Origin: Squalus acanthias
Taxonomy: Eukaryota
DNA: 64,000 nt
NCBI GenBank assembly: GCA_030390025.1
Contig: CM059432.1
Coordinates: forward strand, 68,512,001 to 68,576,000
Reading direction: 5' to 3'
In this document: piece after piece, positions 57,565 to 64,000 of the stretch
How positions within the stretch are numbered: the first letter of the stretch is position 1
Layout: the number at the start of each line of letters is the position of its first letter
Notes under the pieces: model-generated
Told to the model about the DNA's origin: nothing
What the model saw: the letters and a program-made list of their open reading frames with translations, nothing else
The model's database searches: none
Program-made: the position numbers and the translations under genes

Positions 57565-60500
57565 TAGGTGGGAGGGGCTAGGAGTGAGCAGGTGTTACTG
57601 GTTGCCTGATTGCTGCAGGGAGTTGGAGTGAGCTTGTAAAAAGTTGGTGGTGGTTTTTTTTCAGGTTTTAGGTCCTTTTTGGCCCATAAACAGCAGCCAG
57701 ATGGCTGCTGAGGGGTCCGGAGTGCCGGGCCCCTCAGAGGACAGTGCTCCCAAGATGAATTTAATCAGGGGAGAAACTGTGGTTGGAAGGGAAAGAAAAA
57801 GGCCCAAAGATTTGGGCCGGGACCCCAGGAGGTTTGGAAAAGAAAACACGGTGGTGGTTCAGTGCGAGGATAAGGAGATATGAGCTTGGGATATTATCCA
57901 GGCAGTGCATGAGGACTGCGGCGAGGGAAGCTACTTTGCCTGCCGACCAAAGCCGAATGTTGGGTTCGAGGTGACGGTCAGTGGCCGAGAGGAGGTGGAA
58001 AGACTTTTACTCAGTTTGAAGGCTGGCGATAAGTTCTTGGAGGTATCTCTGCTATATTCGGAAGAGGTGGTGGTCTCATTCTTAAACTTGCCAGTTTATA
58101 TTGAGGACGATGTGCTAATCAAAAAGTTGGAGTCGTGGGACATTAAAATTTGCTCAGCAATAAAGAGGAGATGCTATCCAGGAACACGGGTAGCAGATGG
58201 AACCCATTACGTAAAGGTGCGGTTCCCAGAGGGGGTGAAGTCATTACCGTACAGCATGAAATTCGAGCCAATGGAAGGAGTGCAGAACTTCCGAGTACTG
58301 CATGATAACCAAGTGAAGGTTTGTTATTATTGTCTTGGACACGACCATCTTGTAAGAAGCTGTCAGACTTGTACTGTTATAATTGCGGCGAGTCTGGACA
58401 CATCGCTTGGAGCTGCAAGGCGGCGAGCTGTGAGGTGTGTCACAAAGGCCCCACCCGCTGTGAGTGTGAGGCAGAAGGAAGCTCGATGAGTGACGAGGAG
58501 ATGGGAGAAGGAGCAGGAGGTGTGAGTGGAACGGCCGGAGGAGCGGAGCAGTCGGAGGACACAGCTGGTAAATTGAAGGAGAAAAGAGCGCAGGAAGAGG
58601 CAGAAAATTGCGGAGCAGAGAACAGGATGGAGATGGTGGAAAACACACCAAGTACAGTGGAAAAGAACAAAGACAGCAGAGGGCAGCATAGGTCAAGGGC
58701 AGACTCGAGCCATAATATGGTTCAGCTCTCCCTAAAGAATCTGGTGTCCGCGGGGGGAGAGAAGGTGGGTGCGTGGTAAATGTAAGTACTCCAAAGAAAG
58801 ATGGAGAGTCGGACATCTCGGTGAGCAGGAGGGGGCAAGACAAGGTGCAAGAGGCAGGAGCCTTAAAGGGGCAGCAGGACTGGAGCGGTGAGACAAAGAC
58901 GCCAGAAGGAGCAATATAAGTGCACCATTGTCCCAGAGAGAGAAGGATCAGGGAGCAAGGGTCAGCGGTGGATATGAGGTCGAAGGGAGCAGCACTGTTG
59001 GAGAAACTGCGATAGCAGGAAGACTCTCTATGGGAGATGATATATCTGACGGGGAGCAGGTACAGAAGAGCTTGAGAGTGAGGAATTAGAGGGGGACAGA
59101 GACATGGAAGTGGGGGGTGGGGTGGCATCATGTGGAAAGGGAAAGGTTAGTGAGGGGCAGAAGGAGGGAGAAAGGGCAGCTCCTTGGCCCAAACTTAATA
59201 CAAGGAAGAGGCTGAAACAGCAGGGAAGGTTCAAACAGGAGGTGAAAAAGAGTCGGAGGCTGCAGGAGAAAGCATAGAAGATAGGAGCAGGAGTAGGCCA
59301 TTCGGCCCCTCGAGCCTGCTCCGCCATTCGATGAGATCATGGCTGATCATCCAAACTCAGTACCCTTTACCTGCCTTCTCCCCATATCCCTTGATACCTT
59401 TAGCTTTAAGAAATATATCTAACTCATTCTTGAATATATTTAATGACTTGGCCTCAACTACCTTCTGCGGTAGAGAATTCCACAGGTTCACCACTCTCTG
59501 GGTGAAGAAATTCTTCCTCATTTCTGTCCTAAATGGCTTACCCCTTATCCTTAGATTATGACCCCTGGTTCTGGACTCTCCGACCATCGTGAACATTCTT
59601 CCTGCATCTAGTTTGTCCAGACCTGTCAGAATTTTATATGTTTCGATGAGATCCCCTCTCATTCTTCTATACTCCAGCGAGTATAAGCCCAATCGACCCA
59701 ATCTCTCCTCATATGTCATTCCTGCCATCCCAGGTATCAGCCTTGTGAATCTTCGCTGAACTCCTTCCATGGCAAGAACATCCTTCCTCAGATAAGGCGA
59801 CCAAAACTGCACACAGTACTCAAGGTGTGGTCTCACCAAGGCCCTGTACAACTGCAGCAGGACATCCCTGTTCCTATACTCAAACCCTTTCGCTATGAAG
59901 GCCAACATACCATTTGCCTTCTTCACCGCCTGCTGCACCTGCATGCTTACTTTCAGCGACTGGTGCACAAGGACACCCAGGTCTCGTTGCACTTCCCCTT
60001 CTCCCAATCTATTGCCATTCAGATAATAATCTGCCTTTCTGTTTTTGACACCAAAGTGGATAACCTCGCACTTATCCATGTTATGTTGCATCTGCCACGC
60101 TTCTGCCCACTCACCCAACCTGTCCAAATCATCCTGGAGTTTCTCGGTATCCTCCTCGCAGCACACACTCCCACCCAGCTTTGTGTCATCTGCAAACTTG
60201 GAGATATTACATTTAGTTCCCTTATCTAGATCATTAATGTATATTGTGAGCAGCAGCTGGCCGAAAAGTTGGGAAGGAGCATGAGAGGAGGGAAGGGCCA
60301 GAGATTAAATGATGGGGAGATTATCAGGCATACTTCCCTTCTTCGGAACCATGATTACATTGGTCTCGATTAATGTGAACGGACTGAGGGGTGAGAAGAA
60401 ATTGCAGCAGTTGTTGCAGGGTTTTAAAGGCATAGACTTGTGTCTGCAAGAAACCTTTTGGGATGAGGATATCCTAGAAAGAGTTCGGAAGGTTTGGAAG

Positions 60501-63500
60501 GGAGAGGTGTTTGCAAGTTGTGCAAACAATAACCGTAGAGGGGTGGCTGTTTTGGTGAGTCCGTCCATAAAAGAGAACGTTGCCTTGGTGGACAAGGACA
60601 CTGAGGAGAGATTTTTACGGCTAAGGGTAAAAATTGAGGAATTTAATTGCGATCTCTTTAATATCTATGCACCGAACGACCATTGCCAGCGTCGCGAGTT
60701 TTTTCGGGGGTTATTTACTGAAGTGGCAGAGGTGGAAAATCCTTGTATAGTGGGGGATTTTAATGTATTTTTATCTCTGATAGACATTTTAGCCCAGATG
60801 ACCTTTAAGGATGATAACTCCAGAGGGATGATTGTAAAAATGATGGCAAATTTAAATTTGAGAGACTTATGGAGGGACCGGAACCCCATAAAAAGGGAGT
60901 TCTCCAGAACAGGTTGGGTGGGTGATATTTTAAAACCGAGCCGAATAGATTTTGTGTTAATGCGGGAAGGGTTAAGTTCTGAGGTGATGGAGATTTATTA
61001 TAAAAAAGTATTTTTTAGTGACCACTCGGCTTTGGTTCTTAGAATTAGGAACAGCAGAGTTAAGATCGGTTCAGGGGTGTGGATTTTAAACAATCAATAC
61101 CTGAAAGAAATTGCTTATAAAGAAGGGATTTTAAATATAATAAAGAATGCTCAGAAGAAACCTTTGTTCTTGAAAGAAAGAAGAGTTTGGTGGGACAATT
61201 TCAAATATGAGGTAAAAGTTTTTTCGGTACGTTATGGGAAAAAGAGAGCGGCAGCTAACCGGCGTCGAGAAGAGAATATAAACAAAAGGTTTACGGATGT
61301 CTGTAAAGCAGTTGACGGAGGGGATAAGGGAGCTGAGACTAAGTTCCGGGTGTTAAAGGAAGAGTGGGAATTATTGCAAGCTGAAAATGCAAGGGGGCCA
61401 TTCTCCGTGCAAAGGCTAGAGATGCATTGGAGGGCAAAAGATGCACTAGATATTTTCTAGAGCAAGAGAAGCTGCGACAGAGATTATCATTAATTGGAGA
61501 GTTGAAGGTTGGGGAGAAGATCATTCATGAAAGTGGGGAGATTTTAGAGGTGGCTAGCAGCTTTTATCAAGAGTTATATACAAAAGAAGACATTTCCAAT
61601 TTGGTGATGGAGAAGGTTAGTGCTTTTGTTGAAGAGGGTTTAAAGGAGGATGAGAGAAGCATGTGTGACAAAGAAGTAGGATTAGCGGAAATAAAAGTAG
61701 CAATAAGTGGAATGAAGGGGGGGGAAAGCCCAGGGTCCGATGGACTAAGTGCAGAATTTTATAAAGAATTTTTCGAGATTTTAAGTCCATTGCTCTTAGA
61801 AGTTTTTAAGGAAATTAAAATTGAGGGAAGCCTGGCCCCATCTATGAGGAGAAGTGTCATAAGCTTAGCTTATAAAAATAAAGGGGATAGAAGGGATCTG
61901 AAGAATTGGAGGCCCATCACATTATTAAATGTGGATTATAAGATCTTGGCGAGGGTTATGGCAAATCGTATGAAGGAGGTGTTGCTGCAGATAGTTTTGC
62001 CCTTTCAGTCCTATGGAGTCATAGGCCGGGACATCGCAGACTCTATGGTCTCAATCCGGGATGCGATAGAGCTCATGGAAGAGAGTGGGAGGGAGGCTTA
62101 TGTATTAAAGATAGGTCAAGAGAAAGCCTTTGATAGGGTCTCTCGTGAGTTTTTATTGAAGGTTTTGGAAGCATTTGGTTTCGGGGAAAATTTCATTGAG
62201 TGGATAAGGATTTTTTATTCAAATATATTTAGCTGTGTTAAATGTAATGGTTTTTATCCAAGTATTTTCCAATACAGAGGTCAGTGAGACAGGGTTGTCC
62301 CCTGTCCCCATTGTTGTACACATTGGTAGCAGAACCATTAGGTTACATGATGCGAAAGAAACGAGGTGTAGTTGGGATTGCGGTTCCCAGTTACGGGCTG
62401 GTGTCGGTGATACACCAATAGGCAGATGACACAACCTTAACATTGAGAAATGGGGAGTCAGTGAGGAAAGCTATGGACGTAGTGGAGGAGTATTGTAGAG
62501 CTTCAGGAGCCAGAGTGAATTATAGTAAGTCCCAATGCCTGGTTGCAGGAAGGGGTAGGGGGGAATGGTTGGAGGAAAGTCCCTTTAAGGTGGTGGAGGT
62601 TTTGGAAGTTTATGGAGTGCAAGAAAGACCGGGGTGAAGTGGATCAATTAAATTGGGAACCGAAGGTTATGAAAATTAAAAAGATTTTGGGAAGAAGGTG
62701 GTTGAAAGTGCAAGGAAGAGCGACAGTGGTGTCCGCTCTCCTGCTATCTAAGCTATGGTATTTATTGACGGTGGAGGATATTCCTGAGTGGCTGGAAAAG
62801 TCCATCTGAGAGGCTTGTGTGAGGTTTTTATGGGAAGGGAAACCAGCCTAGGTGGCTTACAATACCATAATTGGACGGAGAAATCAGGGAGGACTCAATT
62901 TCCCAGATATTGATTTGAAGAAAAAATCCTTTAGAATCAAATGGGTGAAGAGATTTCTTCAGAAGTCAAATACAAGTTTTTGGAAGAGTTGTTTTGAGCA
63001 TTTTTTAAAACTAAGTGGGATAGGAGGGCAGGGGATATTGTATATGGAATACAATAATATGTTTTTGAAATCGATTAAACTTCTCCCTAGGTTTTATAAC
63101 GGGGTTGTAGAGACTTGGGCCCAATTTTTAAAAAGTGAGCAGTTTATGCCCAAGGGTGCTGAGGAATTTTTAGAACAGCCCTTCTTTTTGAACAGGTGGG
63201 TCAACATCGAAGGAGAGGTATTATTTAATCAAGCTTTTATAAAAGCTGGTATTATATGTGTGAAAGATGTATTATACAAGGTAATTCCAGGTTGGTTGCC
63301 GGAAGCGATAGTGAGGGACATGGTGTGGAAGGAGGATCCGGAGGTAGAGGAAAAAGCAATAGGGATCATGTATGAGAAGATTGTGAGGGCAATGCCACAG
63401 GATTGGATGGAAGAAATAAATGCAGAAATCTCCAAAGGAAGTAAAATGCGTCCCGCTTTTCCAAGCTTTCTGCTGGAGAAAGGGGGAGAGTTGGTCCAAT

Positions 63501-63642
63501 TTGACAACTGTAATACTCGAGATTTCTATGAGGTATTTAGAGAATGGAGAGTCAAGACACCTGCTGGTCAGGAGTTTTGGCAGAGTATATACCCACAGCT
63601 GGACTTCAACAGGATTTGGAAGGGAGTGTGGGCAAATTTTAA
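57565..63642 (+). mobile_element. Tx1-like (L1 group) retrotransposon with 5' UTR, zinc-knuckle ORF1 and APE-RT ORF2; disrupted, 3' end not in window
   Basis: ORF1 from 57701 (LPVYIEDDVLIKKL, GTRVADGT, LPYSMKF, CYYCLGHDHLVRSC, CYNCGESGHIAWSC). ORF2 from 60351 (MITLVSINVNGLR, LQET, GDFN, SRIDF, FSDH, SPGSDGL, NWRPITLLNVDYKILA, QEKAFDRV, RQGCPLSP). Several stops and frameshifts. Confidence 0.9.
59273..60249 (-). mobile_element. Young 5'-truncated CR1 inserted between Tx1 ORF1 and ORF2
   Basis: Open ORF2 C-terminus 59357-60166; near-identical by eye to 32548-33525. Confidence 0.95.
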
Positions 63643-64000
63643 GGGCTGGATTTTGAATGACCCATGGAGTCGGGTTTGGAGGCGTGTGGGGGGTTAAATT
63701 TGCGGGGTCGGGGTTTCCGACCCTATCCCGACTCCATCCCACCTCCACGCAATTTTGACATCATCAGTCGCGGGGTTCCCGACTCCAAGAGGCGGGAGAG
63801 GCCATTAAAGCCCTTAACAAGCTCTAAATTGGCTCTGTAATGCCATTTTGAAACGCTGTAGCTAGTTTAACCCTCTTTTGACGTGAAGCACGCCTGGTGT
63901 GAAACACTCCAGTGAAACCTGGCGGGAGCACAAGTGGATAGCTGACTATCGGCTGCAAGTCCACTATTACAACGGAGATGTGATGGAGGTGGTAGTAGTA
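63643..64000. mobile_element. Left end of another Harbinger-type element inserted in Tx1 ORF2
   Basis: TAA|GGGCTGGATTTT, the same terminal motif as 16540/19136; Tx1 coding similarity stops here. Confidence 0.7.

Noticed and set aside
1..64000. Prokaryotic-style systems (CRISPR array, operons, defence islands)
   Set aside because: There is no regularly spaced repeat-spacer array and no gene-dense organisation; the sequence is vertebrate intron with spliced exons and LINE/SINE debris.

Overview
This is eukaryotic, repeat-dense vertebrate DNA. The SINE/LINE repertoire (V-SINE with a CR1 tail, Deu-domain SINE, Penelope, abundant CR1) points to a cartilaginous fish (shark). The only host gene I can support is rgs20 (RZ-family RGS protein) on the + strand, with two coding exons: 5974-6122 (cysteine string) and 54576-54662. 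They are separated by a 48,453-bp intron packed with nested, mostly dead transposons: CR1 LINEs (two nearly full length), L2, L1, a Vingi-like LINE, a second CR1/L2-group LINE, Penelope fragments, PIF/Harbinger elements and MITEs. A Tx1-like retrotransposon lies downstream of the second exon. The most interesting signals are: (i) tiny TSD-flanked Penelope-derived inserts carrying minimal hammerhead ribozyme motifs, one of them an 84-bp-arm palindrome; (ii) a Tx1-like element inserted inside the tRNA-derived head of a SINE, possibly a new target specificity; (iii) a non-autonomous Harbinger family that keeps the Myb/SANT DNA-binding exon but shares one deletion of the whole transposase core; (iv) in-frame alternative splice sites around the rgs20 cysteine string, one recreating an RGS19-like junction. 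All calls are by eye; most repeat boundaries are approximate.
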